The notes below the pieces were generated by a model that was not told the DNA's origin, made no database searches, and saw nothing but the letters and a program-made list of their open reading frames with translations. This document shows positions 43,309 to 55,400 of a stretch of DNA of 64,000 nucleotides, one piece after another (positions within the stretch are counted from its first letter, which is position 1; every line of letters begins with the position of its first letter). Position numbers and translations under genes: made by a program. Origin of the DNA: Macrostomum lignano (lineage: Eukaryota); the NCBI GenBank assembly GCA_002269645.1, contig NIVC01003185.1, positions 1,271 to 65,270 on the forward strand, given 5' to 3'.

Positions 43309-43545
43309 TAATAAAAATTAAAAGTACACAACCAAGACAAAAGTACATATTCCTTAATACAATGATAAATGCAAGAGTAGCAATAGTTAATTTACTTGTC
43401 TTTTTTGGTATTTTATAATTTACAATATTATAGGAAAAGCAGAACAAACGAACAGAGCAAGGGGCCATTTTTATGGCTTGCAGGACGATTCTCATGGACA
43501 ACAGATTAGAACGGATATACACAGCGGCAACAAGGTCGCTATTAT

Positions 43546-46500
43546 TCACAATCGGTCGTCGCCTCCGCCGCTGCCGCCTCGACCAATTCGAGCCGCGAGT
43601 TTCTCGGCGGCCGCTTTTCGTCGACGCTTGTTCATCGGATTGCGCGGATCTTCGAGCTCGTAGCGATCCGGCGCTGACGCCGTGGCAGCGTCGGCCGGGT
43701 CCAGCACGCGCCTAGCTGACGGCCCCGACTCCGGCTGGAACACGTGACTAAACAGGGACGAAGAGGCATCTTTCTTGACATCATCGTCTTTGCCTTTGTC
43801 ATCATCATCCTCCTCGCCATCATTCTTGGCCAGTCGAGCAGCAAATTTGGCGAACATTTTCAGTGTGGCCGCTTCCCTGTTTGAAATCGGCAGGGCTTGA
43901 AATTATCCTCACGGATAAGTCATTTCATGCTTCGAATTCACATTCATTTGGGGCAATATTGTTCATGAGGCACAATGCATCTCAGTGAGTGTACATGCCT
44001 AACGATTAGAAAGTCAAAGGGTTTCCTCTGTACCCTCTGTGAGCGTGTGTATTACGAGCGTAGTGTGTGCCTGTGTACAGTATTGGCGTCCTGCTGTCAC
44101 CGATTTAAGAACTTGTGATACAGCCTAATTGAAGTAAAGCCTTTTAACCTAAGTAGTAAAGTACATTCGCAGAATCACTAGCAGCAGATGTAAACTGCAT
44201 CACCTAGCCGCTTTGGCGTCCTCCCTGCTGACGGCCGCTGCTCTGTCAACGCCGAGCTCTTCGGTGCCCGGATGTCGCCGACGCTTCAATCGAATCATCG
44301 ATGACGGCTTGTCGTCATCATCGGCGGTGTTTGAACTGGTTCTGTCGGCGACAGGGGCTGCGTTGACTTCGGGCGAGAACGTTGGGGCGGCGGTTTTGTG
44401 CAGAGCTCGGCGCATTTTGGCCACCTCGAGTTTCAGCTTGGCCAGCCGCGAGTCCCGAGTCTCGTCCTCGGCGGCTGAACTGGCTGTTGCTGGCGCGGCG
44501 CCGTCGCCAGCGGATGATGCAGCGGGGGTAGCGGCAGTGGAGTCAGCGTCGGCCGTCGCCTGAGTCTGCGCCGGGTTTTGACACAAAACCGGATAAGTTT
44601 TAAGTAGCTGCGGGCTCTGGCGATCTCAGCCAGGAGGGGGCGCCAGCTACAGAGGGGGCGCCAGCTACAGAGGGGGCGCCAGCTACAGAGGGGGCGCCAG
44701 CTACAGAGGGGGCGCCAGCTACGGAGGGGGCCCCAGCTACAGAGGGCACACCAGCTACAGAGGGGGCGCCAGCTACAGAGGGGGGCGTCAGCTACAAAGG
44801 AAGCGCCAGCTTCAGAGGGGGCGCCAGCTACAGAGGGAGCGCCAGCTACAGAGGCGGCGCCAGCTACAGAGGGCACACCAGCTACAGAGGGGGCGCCAGC
44901 TACAGAGGGCACACCAGCTACAGAGGGGGCGCCAGCTACAGAGGAGGCGCCAGCTACAGAGGGGGCGCCAGCTACAGAGGGCACACCAGCTACAGAGGGG
45001 GCGCCAGCTACAGAGGAGGCGCCAGCTACAGAGAGGGTGCCAGCTACAGAGGGCACACCAGCTACAGAGGGGGCGCCAGCTACAGAGGAGGCGCCAGCTA
45101 CAGAGGGGGTGCCAGCTACAGAGGGGACGCCAGCTACAGAGGGCACACCAGCTACAGAGGGCGCGCCAGCTACAGAGGGCACACCAGCTACAGAGGGGGC
45201 GCCAGCTACAGAGGAGGCGCCAGCTACAGAAGGGGTGCCAGCTACAGAGGGCACACCAGCTACAGAGGGGGCGCCAGCTACAGAGGGCACACCAGCTACA
45301 GAGGGGGCGCCAGCTACAGAGGAGGCGCCAGCTACAGAGGAGGCGCCAGCTACAGAGAGGGTGCCAGCTACAGAGGGGGCGCCAGCTACAGAGGGGGCGC
45401 CAGCTACAGAGGGGGCGCCAGCTACAGAGGGCACACCAGCTACAGAGGGGGCGCCAGTTACAGAGGGCACACCAGCTACAGAGGGGGCGCCAGCTACAGA
45501 GGGGGCGCCAGCTACAGAGGGCACATCAGCTACAGAGGGGGCGCCAGCTACAGAGGGGGGCGTCAGCTACAGAGGGGGCGCCAGCTTCAGAGGGGGCGCC
45601 AGCTACAGAGGGAGCGCCAGCTACAGAGGCGGCGCCAGCTACAGAGGGGGCGCCAGCTACAGAGGGAGCGCCAGCTACAGAGGCGGCGCCAGCTACAGAG
45701 GGCACACCAGCTACAGAGGGGGCGCCAGCTACAGAGGGCACACCAGCTACAGAGGGGGCGCCAGCTACAGAGGGCACACCAGCTACAGAGGGGGCGCCAG
45801 CTACAGAGGAGGCGCCAGCTACAGAGGGGGCGCCAGCTACAGAGGGCACACCAGCTACAGAGGGCACACCAGCTACAGAGGGGGCGCCAGCTACAGAGGA
45901 GGCGCCAGCTACAGAGGGGGCGCCAGCGACAGAGGGGGCGCCAGCTACAGAGGGGGCGCCAGCTACAGAGGGCACACCAGCTACAGAGGGGGGACAGGAA
46001 AAAGCACCAGCATTCTCTCGCTCACCTCTACAGGGAGTATGGGAGCAGTCTCCGAGCTCAGGCGTGGATCGTCCAACAAATCATGCGAGCTCATTATTTT
46101 CTTCTGTTTCTTCTTCTTTTCATCCTGTGCTTCGCCATCGGCTTCTTGTTCTTCTTCAATTTCTTCAGCTTCGTCGCCAAATGACAGCAGCGCCAAATTT
46201 CTGGTGGCTTTCGCCTCAGATTTCGGCAGCTTTTTACGCTTATAACCAAAGCCAGACTTGGCGGCCTCGGACTCCTCCTGCTGCTTGAGCTGCTGCTCGT
46301 GTTGGCGACGCCGGCGCAATTCCAGCTGCTCTTCGCGCGGCGCTAAATCCGGGTACGGATTATCGATAACTCGGGCGCTGATGATGCGCTGCGGATTCAA
46401 CGGTCGCTCCTGCTGGTCGGTTTCGCATTCAGCTAAGCGTAGCATGTTGAATAGGGAGTTGCCGACCACCTGCGAGCGGCAACTAATGCATTATCTATCG

Positions 46501-49121
46501 ATTTGGCGGCAAGAATTTTAATACCAAAGTTTATTAGGTACAGGGAGTTAAGTCTCACCTGCGGAGCTTAAATATGGCACTTTTACTTAAGTCTCACCTG
46601 CGGAGCTTAAATATGGCACTTTTACTTAAGTCTCACCTGCGGAGCTTAAATATGGCACTGTTACTTAAGTCTCACCTGCGGAGCTTAAATATGGCACTTT
46701 TACTTAAGTCTCACCTGCGGAGCTTAAATATGGCACTTTTACTCAAGTCTCACATGCGGAGCTTAAATATGACACTTTTACTTAAGTCTCACCTGCGGAG
46801 CTTAAATATGGCACTTTTACTTAAGTCTCACCTGTGGAGCTTAAATATTGCACTTTTACTTAAGTCTCACCTGCAGAGCTTAAATATGGCACTTTTACTT
46901 AAGTCTCACCTGCGGAGCTTAAATATGGCACTTTTACTTAAGTCTCACCTGTGGAGCTTAAATATGGCACTTTTACTTAAGTCTCACCTGCAGAGCTTAA
47001 ATATGGCACTTTTACTTAAGTCTCACCTGCAGAGCTTAAATATGGCACTTTTACTTAAGTCTCACCTGCAGAGCTTAAATATGGCACTTTTACTTAAGTC
47101 TCACCTGTGGAGCTTAAATATGGCACTTTTACTTAAGTCTCACCTGCAGAGCTTAAATATAGCACTTTTACTTAAGTCTCACCTGCAGAGCTTAAATATG
47201 GCACTTTTACTTAAGTCTCACCTGTGGAAACACTGAGTTGCATCTAAAGTGCATCTGCGTCACTTGATGAAGTAGAATCGCATTTCGCATTTAAAACAAC
47301 TCTATTTAGTCTACTTGAGTTAGTAGAAAGTTAAGCGCTAACACAACACGACTCTTGGATGAATTTTCTCGCACCTGTCCAAAAATAGTATTGTGCTTCT
47401 CCAACTCCGGAGTGGCTGCCAGTGTAAAAAAGAACTGACTGCCATTCTGGCCAGGCTGCAGACAGGCCATGCCAACCAGTCCGCGCCGATTGAATCGCAG
47501 CCGCGAGTGCAGCTCCAGCCCGAACGGTTTGCCGAACACGCTGTCGCCGCCTTCCCCGGTGCCGGTTGGATCGCCGCCCTAACAGAGAGTTGAAGAATTT
47601 TGGTATTGAAATAAATAGCAACGTGGCAGTGCGGAATTTCCTGTGATGTTCTCGCCACCTTCCTTTTGCTAGGTTGTATCTTATCTCAGTGTACCATGAA
47701 TCCATGAATCCTATCTCTCTCCTCATGAATCTTATCCCTCTTTCCATGAATCCTATTTCTCTCCTCATAAATCTTATCCCTCTTTCCATGAATCCTATCT
47801 CTCTCCTCATGAATCTTATCCCTCTTTCCATGAATCCTCTCTCTCCTCATGAATCTTATCCCTCTTTCCATGAATCCTATTTCTCTCCTCATGAATCTTA
47901 TCCCTCTTTCCATGAATCCTATCTCTCTCCTCATGAATCTTATCCCTCTTTCCATGAATCCTATTTCTCTCCTCATGAATCTTATCCCTCTTTCCATGAA
48001 TCCTATCTCTCTCCTCATGAATCTTATCCCTCTTTCCATGAATCCTCTCTCTCCTCATGAATCTTATCCCTCTTTCCATGAATCCTATTTCTCTCCTCAT
48101 GAATCTTAACCCTCTTTCCATGAATCCTATCTCTCTCCTCATGAATCTTATCCCTCTTTCCATGAATCCTGTCTCTCTCCTCATGAATCTTATCCCTCTT
48201 TCCATGAATCCTATCTCTCTCCTCATGAATCTTATCCCTCTTTCCATGAATCCTATCTCTCTCCTCATGAATCTTATCCCTCTTTCCATGAATCCTATCT
48301 CTCTCCTCATGAATCTTATCCCTCTTTCCATGAATCCTATCTCTCTCCTCATGAATCTTATCCCTCTTTCCATGAATCCTATTTCTCTCCTCATGAATCT
48401 TATCCCTCTTTCCATGAATCCTATCTCTCTCCTCATGAATCTTATCCCTCTTTCCATGAATCCTATTTCTCTCCTCATGAATCTTATCCCTCTTTCCATG
48501 AATCCTATTTCTCTCCTCATGAATCTTATCCCTCTTTCCATGAATCCTATTTCTCTTCTCATGAATCTTATCCCTCTTTCTATGAATCCTATCTCTCCTC
48601 ATGAATCTTATCTCACTCACTGGAATCTTATCTTGCTCCCCATGAATCATATCTCTCTTTCCATGAATCCTATCTCTCTCCTCATGAATCTTATCCCTCT
48701 TTCCATCAATCCTATCTCTCTTTCCTTGAATTCTATTTCTCTCCCCATGAATCTAATCTCACTCAGTGGAATCGTATATCACTCCCTTAAATCTTTTCTG
48801 ATTCACCTGCATCTTATTCGAGTCTAGTTTAACAAATTATAAGCAGTCATATAACAAATTATCTCAGTTATGCCTTGATTTTACATAGTGCAACATTTCA
48901 GTCAAAATCGAAGCCAATCAGCTACTCACCTGCACAATAAAATCCTTCACAACGCGATGAAACAAAGTGTCGTCATAGTAACCTTCCATGCATAATTGTA
49001 AAAAATTTCTACAAGCTTTCGGCGCCTCTTTCGACCAGAGCTCGATGTCGATGTTGCCTACGGTGGTCTGCAGGAGTACCCGGCCATTCGTTGGCGGCTC
49101 GAGCACGTAGATTGAGCTCAT
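43546..49121 (-). CDS. CWC27: Spliceosome-associated cyclophilin-domain protein CWC27 (about 510 aa); exons 48930-49121, 47375-47578, 46026-46469, 44204-44565, 43546-43876
   Basis: MSSIYVLEPPTNGRVLLQTTVGNIDIELWSKEAPKACRNF, GGDPTGTG, HSRLRFNRRGLV, NGSQFFFT and C-terminal DPRNPMNKRRR. In-frame GT-AG junctions. The exon 4 acceptor could shift by 6 nt. Confidence 0.93.
44634..45992. repeat. Minisatellite, 18-bp unit CCAGCTACAGAGGGGGCG (CWC27 intron 3)
   Basis: About 75 copies seen directly. Confidence 0.95.
46546..47228. repeat. Minisatellite, 39-bp unit AAGTCTCACCTGCGGAGCTTAAATATGGCACTTTTACTT (CWC27 intron 2)
   Basis: About 17 copies, matching the 13-aa periodicity in the ORF track. Confidence 0.95.
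47694..48770. repeat. Minisatellite, 42-bp unit made of two ~21-bp CATGAATC halves (CWC27 intron 1)
   Basis: About 25 copies, matching the 14-aa periodicity in the ORF track. Confidence 0.95.
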
Positions 49122-49169
49122 GCTGAGCAGTGACTCTGTGGTAGATTGAAGGTGTCAATTTTGCAAGAC

Positions 49170-50220
49170 TTTAAGTGGGGGGTCTAGAGATCTAGAGACT
49201 AAAGAAAAGGATCTATATAGATCTAAAAACTTAAGTGGGGATCTAGAAATCTATAGAGGCTAATGCGAGGGCTCTAGAGATCTAGAGACTAATGTGAGGA
49301 ATCTAGATTTTTAGAGACTAATGTGAGGGATCTAGAGATCTAGAGGCTAAAATGAGGAATCCAGAGATCTAGAGACTGTGAGGGATCTAGAGATCTAGAG
49401 GCTAAAATGAGGAATCCAGAGATCTAGAGACTGTGAGGGATCTAGAGATCTAGAGGCTAAAATGAGGAATACAGAGATCTAGAGACTGTGAGGGATCTAG
49501 AGATCTAGAGACTAAAATGAGGAATCCAGAGATCTAGAGACTGTGAGGGATCTAGAGATCTAGAGACTAATGTGAGGGATCTAGAGATCTATAGAGGCTA
49601 ATGCGAGGGCTCTAGAGATCTAGAGACTAATGTGAGGAATCTAGATTTTTAGAGACTAATGTGAGGGATCTAGAGATCTAGAGGCTAAAATGAGGAATCC
49701 AGAGATCTAGAGACTGTGAGGGATCTAGAGATCTAGAGGCTAAAATGAGGAATACAGAGATCTAGAGACTAATGTGAGGGATCTAGAGATCTAGAGGCTA
49801 AAATGAGGAATCCAGAGATCTAGAGACTGTGAGGGATCTAGAGATCTAGAGGCTAAAATGAGGAATCTAGAGATCTAGAGACTGTGAGGGATCTAGAGAT
49901 CTAGAGGCTAAAATGAGGAATACAGAGATCTAGAGACTAATGTGAGGGATCTAGAGATCTAGAGGCTAAAATGAGGGATCTAGAGATCTAGAGACTGTGA
50001 GGGATCTGGAGATCTAGAGGCTAAAATGAGGAATCTAGAGATCTAGAGACTGTGAGGGATCTAGAGATCTAGAGACTAATGTGAGGGATCTAGAGATCTA
50101 GAGAGTTGATTGGGGATCAAGAGATCCAGAGGCTAATGGATCTAGAGATCTAGAGACTTAAGTGTTGAATCTAGATATCTAGAGACTAAAGTGAGAGATC
50201 AAGAGATCTAGAGTAAGAGA
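49170..50220. repeat. Compound minisatellite, 26/29-bp subunits (55-bp dimer) rich in GATCTAGAGATCTAGAG
   Basis: Period 55 measured (49322 and 49377). Confidence 0.9.
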
Positions 50221-50484
50221 CTAAAACAAAAAATGTCTTTAGACCTAAAGACTGAAGTGAGATTCCAGAGGCTGAACTGGGTTACCTCATATGGAGATGG
50301 AGCATGAGCCCTAGGGATAAAAGTGAAATCAAAGATCTAATGAAATCCCAGAGACAAGATACAAGCTAAAACTATTAGGGGTATAAGATTTTATAGAAAT
50401 GAGTGCTTGATTGAATCTGATCTTGATTCAATATTTATCTATCATTCATACCTCATAAGTATAAGGACACTGAGTTAAAATCTA

Positions 50485-50905
50485 GGGATTTAGATTGGAT
50501 CTAAAGATCAAAATGGAATCTAAAAAAGGATTGAGATAGGATCTGAGGATCAAAATGGGACTTAGGGAATTGAGATGAGATCTGAGGATCAAATAAAGGG
50601 ATTTAGGGAATTGAGATGAGATCTGAGGATAAAAAAGGGATTTAGGGAATTGAGATGAGATCTGAGGATCAAAAAAAAGATTTAGGGAATTGAGCTTGAA
50701 TTTGAGGATCAAATTGGATTTAGGGAATTGAGATGAGATCTGAGGATCAAAAAAGGGATTTAGGGAATTGAGATGGGATCTGAGGATCAAATGGGATTTA
50801 GGGAATTGAGATGGGATCTGAGGATCGAAATGGGGTTTAAGGAATTGATATGGGATCTGAAAATCAATATGGGATTTAAAAGGGTTGAGATTAGATCTAG
50901 GGATC
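50485..50905. repeat. Degenerate minisatellite, ~39-41-bp unit GATTTAGGGAATTGAGATGAGATCTGAGGATCAAAAAAGG
   Basis: Recurrences at 50581, 50622 and 50661. Confidence 0.85.
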
Positions 50906-52130
50906 TAGGTGTTCAGATTGAATGCAGGTATCAAAATGGGATCAAGGTGGTTGAGATGCGACCTAGATGTCCAACTATGATGGGACTTTAATCGAGGGCT
51001 AATTGCTAAACATGTGCTTGTAAAAGCATTCAAACAAATATATAGTCATATATTTAAATCAAAAAATAAACAAAACATGTACACACATATTATATATTTT
51101 TACAATTTCTTGCAGAATAACCGATCAACACACATGATTCTTAGATTGGGAATAACTAAATTGATAAACAAAAACAAATTCACAGATAATAATAGCCTAC
51201 AAATATACCTGTGTAGCACTATAATAGTTAAATGAGTTACAATGTTAGTTACCGAATGAGCATAAGCATTTAATATTATAAACAAAACTTAAAAACAAAT
51301 AAAGCTGGTCAAAAAAACGTCAAGATGATGAAATATCTATTATGAATCAAGGATAATTAATACGCACAGGCAAAACTTCATAGGTCGTAGTTTTGAGCTT
51401 AAAAACTAATAGAAAAATATTATTTGAGAAACTATTGATTAATAAAGTTTTAAATGCACAACTTAGATACATATAGGTTTAATACGAAACAGAGAACCTT
51501 TAAAACTGAATAATTGCTCGAAATTAAGAAAACGATTTGGTATTCTGGTGAATTAAGTTTACTAGAAAGTTACAATTGGGATTGTAAATAAGTTCTTGCA
51601 TAGTCATGGAAATAAACAAACCATAACTGCTAGCTATTGTCAGACACGTTGATAATTTGTCTATGGCCAAGAGCAGTTCTGTGGCAGTGTGGCTTTGATT
51701 GGCTTTATTGTCTATGGCCGAGTGCAGTTCTGTGGCAGTGCAGGACTGCTACAGCAAATGGGGATTCTCCATTTAAAAGCCTAATTATTAGCAACTTCAC
51801 CGACAATAGTCATCACTACTATTCTATATTCCTAAGTTGGTCATAAAGAAGCTTATTACAGTATGCGACAGACCTGTAAATTACACCACGGTATATTAAA
51901 ATTACACCTGGGAACAGGAATTTTAATGATCTCGACAACCAAAAGACATTAATAACATTGACATTAATAAGAATTTGCATAAACAACTCGAATAACAGTA
52001 GTATGATAGAAATGTGAAACTAATTTTATACTTAGTTGCCATTTCCTAATAAAGTAAGCGAACGAGCTCATACACACGCTCACGGGCATGTACACTCGGA
52101 GCAGAGTCAGAGAGCTTCAGAAGTATTTTA

Positions 52131-52392
52131 TAAAAATAATAATTGATTACACCTGTTCAAATGACCAGATGTGCAACCGTCAGCTGAAGAAACCTGAAGA
52201 CTGCGTACGGCTGTTCAGTCCCTCAATTACCCCAGCTAATGCTGGCACCCATTTTACAGCTGGGTGAACTGAAGCAATGCAGAAAGTTAAGTGTTTTGCT
52301 CAAGGACATTATAACTTCCGAGTGGGTCGAGGGAATCGAACCCCCGACCTTTAACCACGAGTCTAACGCTTTAACCACTAGGCTACAACCCC
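52131..52392 (-). mobile_element. CORE-like SINE family 2 copy downstream of CCDC6
   Basis: Reverse-complement homologue with an intact tRNA-like head (TAGCCTAGTGGTTAAAGCG...GGGTTCGATTCCC). Confidence 0.8.
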
Positions 52393-52432
52393 TATTTGTT
52401 ATTCTAAAGCATGATCACCAATAAAAATTCAA

Positions 52433-55400
52433 TCAAGAACTTCCACCGGAGCAAGAAGGCGACGGAATCAGATTCTGCCTACGCTTCTGACAATGCAAGC
52501 ACAGCGGCTCCAGCTGCTGTCGCTTTGGCTCGGTTTCCATAGCAACGCCAGCATCGGAACCGGCGTCAGATTCAGACAGATTCCTAGTGAGTCGATCGCG
52601 TTTCAATTCTTCGTCGTCGAGACGCTTACGAAGGCAGACGTTCTCGGCCTGTAGGCTGCGCTCCTCGTGCACCAATCGGGACATGCTGGCGCGATGACCG
52701 GCCTCGGCTGAGTCCAGCTGCTTGCGCAGATTGCCCAAATCAGCTTTGAGCTGGCTGATGTTGCTTAGCATGGCTTCGGGGTCGTCTAGGCTGCATTCTA
52801 CCTGCATTTGTTTGTTTATTGAAAATGTTGATATAGAATGGCTTTTAATCGTAAGTTTGAACAATTAACAGGTGGTAGAATGGAAAAATTCAAGCATTTC
52901 TATGCGATAATATTGGGAGAATCCCAGCTGATAAAATTGGGAGAATCCCAGCTGATAAAATTGGGAGAATCCCAGTCCCAGCTGATAAAATTGGGAAAAT
53001 TCTAGGTGATAAAATTGGGGGAATCCCAGCCGATAAAATTCGGATAATCCCAGTCCCAGCTGATAAAATTGGGAGATTCCTAGGTGATAAAATTGGGAGA
53101 TTTCTAGGTGATAAAATTGGGAGATTCCTAGGTGATAAAATTGGGAGATTCCTAGGTGATAAAATTGGGAGATTTCTAGGTGATAAAATTGGGAGATTCC
53201 TAGGTGATAAAATTGGGAGATTCCTAGGTGATAAAATTGGGAGAATATCAGCTGATAAAATTGGGAGAATCTCAGTCCCAGCTGATAAAATTGGGGAATC
53301 CCAGCTGATAAAATTGGGAAAATTCTAGGTGATAAAATTGGGGGAATCCCAGCCGATAAAATTGGGAGAATCCTAGGTGATAAAATTGGGAGAATCCTAG
53401 GTGATAAAATTGGGGGAATCCCAGCTGATAAAATTGGGAAAATTCTAGGTGATAAAATTGGGGGAATCCCAGCCGATAAAATTGGGAGAATCCTAGGTGA
53501 TAAAATTGGGAGAATCCTAGGTGATAAAATTGGGGGAATCCCAGCCGATAAAATTGAGAGAATCCTAGGTGATAAAATTGGGGAAATCCCAGCTGATAAA
53601 ATTGGGAGAATCCCAGCTGATAAAATTGGGAGAATCCTAGGTGATAAAATTGGGGGAATCCCAGCTGACAAAATTGGGAGATTCCTAGGTGATAAAATTG
53701 GGAGATTTCTAGGTGATAAAATTGGGAGATTCCTAAGTGATAAAATTGGGAGATTCCTAGGTGATAAAATTGGGGAATCCCAGCCGATAAAATTGGGAGA
53801 ATCCTAGGTGATAAAATTGGGAGAATCCTAGGTGATAAAATTGGGGGAATCCCAGCTGACAAAATTGGGAGATTCCTAGGTGATAAAATTGGGAGATTTC
53901 TAGGTGATAAAATTGGGAGATTCCTAGGTGATAAAATTGGGAGATTTCTAGGTGATAAAATTGGGAGATTCCTAAGTGATAAAATTGGGAGATTCCTAGG
54001 TGATAAAATTGGGAGAATATCAGCTGATAAAATTGGGAGAATCCCAGTCCCAGCTGATAAAATTGGGGAATCCCAGCTGATAAAATTGGGAAAATTCTAG
54101 GTGATAAAATTGGGGGAATCCCAGCCGATAAAAATGGGAGAATCCTAGGTGATAAAATTGGGAGAATCCTAGGTGATAAAATTGGGGGAATCCCAGCCGA
54201 TAAAATTGGGAGAATCCTAGGTGATAAAATTGGGAGAATCCTAGGTGATAAAATTGGGGAAATCCCAGCTGATAAAATTGGGAGAATCCTAGGTGATAAA
54301 ATTGGGGAAATCCCAGCTGATAAAATTGGGAGAATCCTAGGTGATAAAATTGGGGAAATCCCAGCTGATAAAATTGGGAGAATCCTAGGTGATAAAATTG
54401 GGGAAATCCCAGCTGATAAAATTGGGAAAATTCTAGGTGATAAAATTGGGGGAATCCCAGCCGATAAAATTGGGAGAATCCTAGGTGATAAAATTGGGAG
54501 AATCCTAGGTGATAAAATTGGGGGAATCCCAGCCGATAAAATTGAGAGAATCCTAGGTGATAAAATTGGGGAAATCCCAGCTGATAAAATTGGGAGAATC
54601 CCAGCTGATAAAATTGGGAGAATCCTAGGTGATAAAATTGGGGGAATCCCAGCTGACAAAATTGGGAGATTCCTAGGTGATAAAATTGGGAGATTTCTAG
54701 GTGATAAAATTGGGAGATTCCTAAGTGATAAAATTGGGAGATTCCTAGGTGATAAAATTGGGGGAATCCCAGCCGATAAAATTGGGAGAATCCTAGGTGA
54801 TAAAATTGGGAGAATCCTAGGTGATAAAATTGGGGGAATCCCAGCTGACAAAATTGGGAGATTCCTAGGTGATAAAATTGGGAGATTTCTAGGTGATAAA
54901 ATTGGGAGATTCCTAGGTGATAAAATTGGGAGATTTCTAGGTGATAAAATTGGGAGATTCCTAAGTGATAAAATTGGGAGATTCCTAGGTGATAAAATTG
55001 GGAGAATATCAGCTGATAAAATTGGGAGAATCCCAGTCCCAGCTGATAAAATTGGGGAATCCCAGCTGATAAAATTGGGAAAATTCTAGGTGATAAAATT
55101 GGGGGAATCCCAGCCGATAAAATTGGGAGAATCCTAGGTGATAAAATTGGGAGAATCCTAGGTGATAAAATTGGGGGAATCCCAGCCGATAAAATTGGGA
55201 GAATCCTAGGTGATAAAATTGGGAGAATCCTAGGTGATAAAATTGGGGAAATCCCAGCTGATAAAATTGGGAGAATCCTAGGTGATAAAATTGGGGAAAT
55301 CCCAGCTGATAAAATTGGGAGAATCCTAGGTGATAAAATTGGGGGAATCCCAGCTGATAAAATTGGGAGAATCCCAGCTGATAAAATTGGGGAATCCCAG

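Noticed and set aside
51657-51741. Two-copy 33-bp direct repeat, and a similar short pair at about 9204 and 9494
   Set aside because: Ordinary local duplications with no further structure.
52533-52546. Perfect RFX X-box GTTTCC-AT-AGCAAC
   Set aside because: It lies inside the CCDC6 last coding exon (codons VAMET), more than 30 kb from the IFT172 start, and is most simply a coding coincidence.
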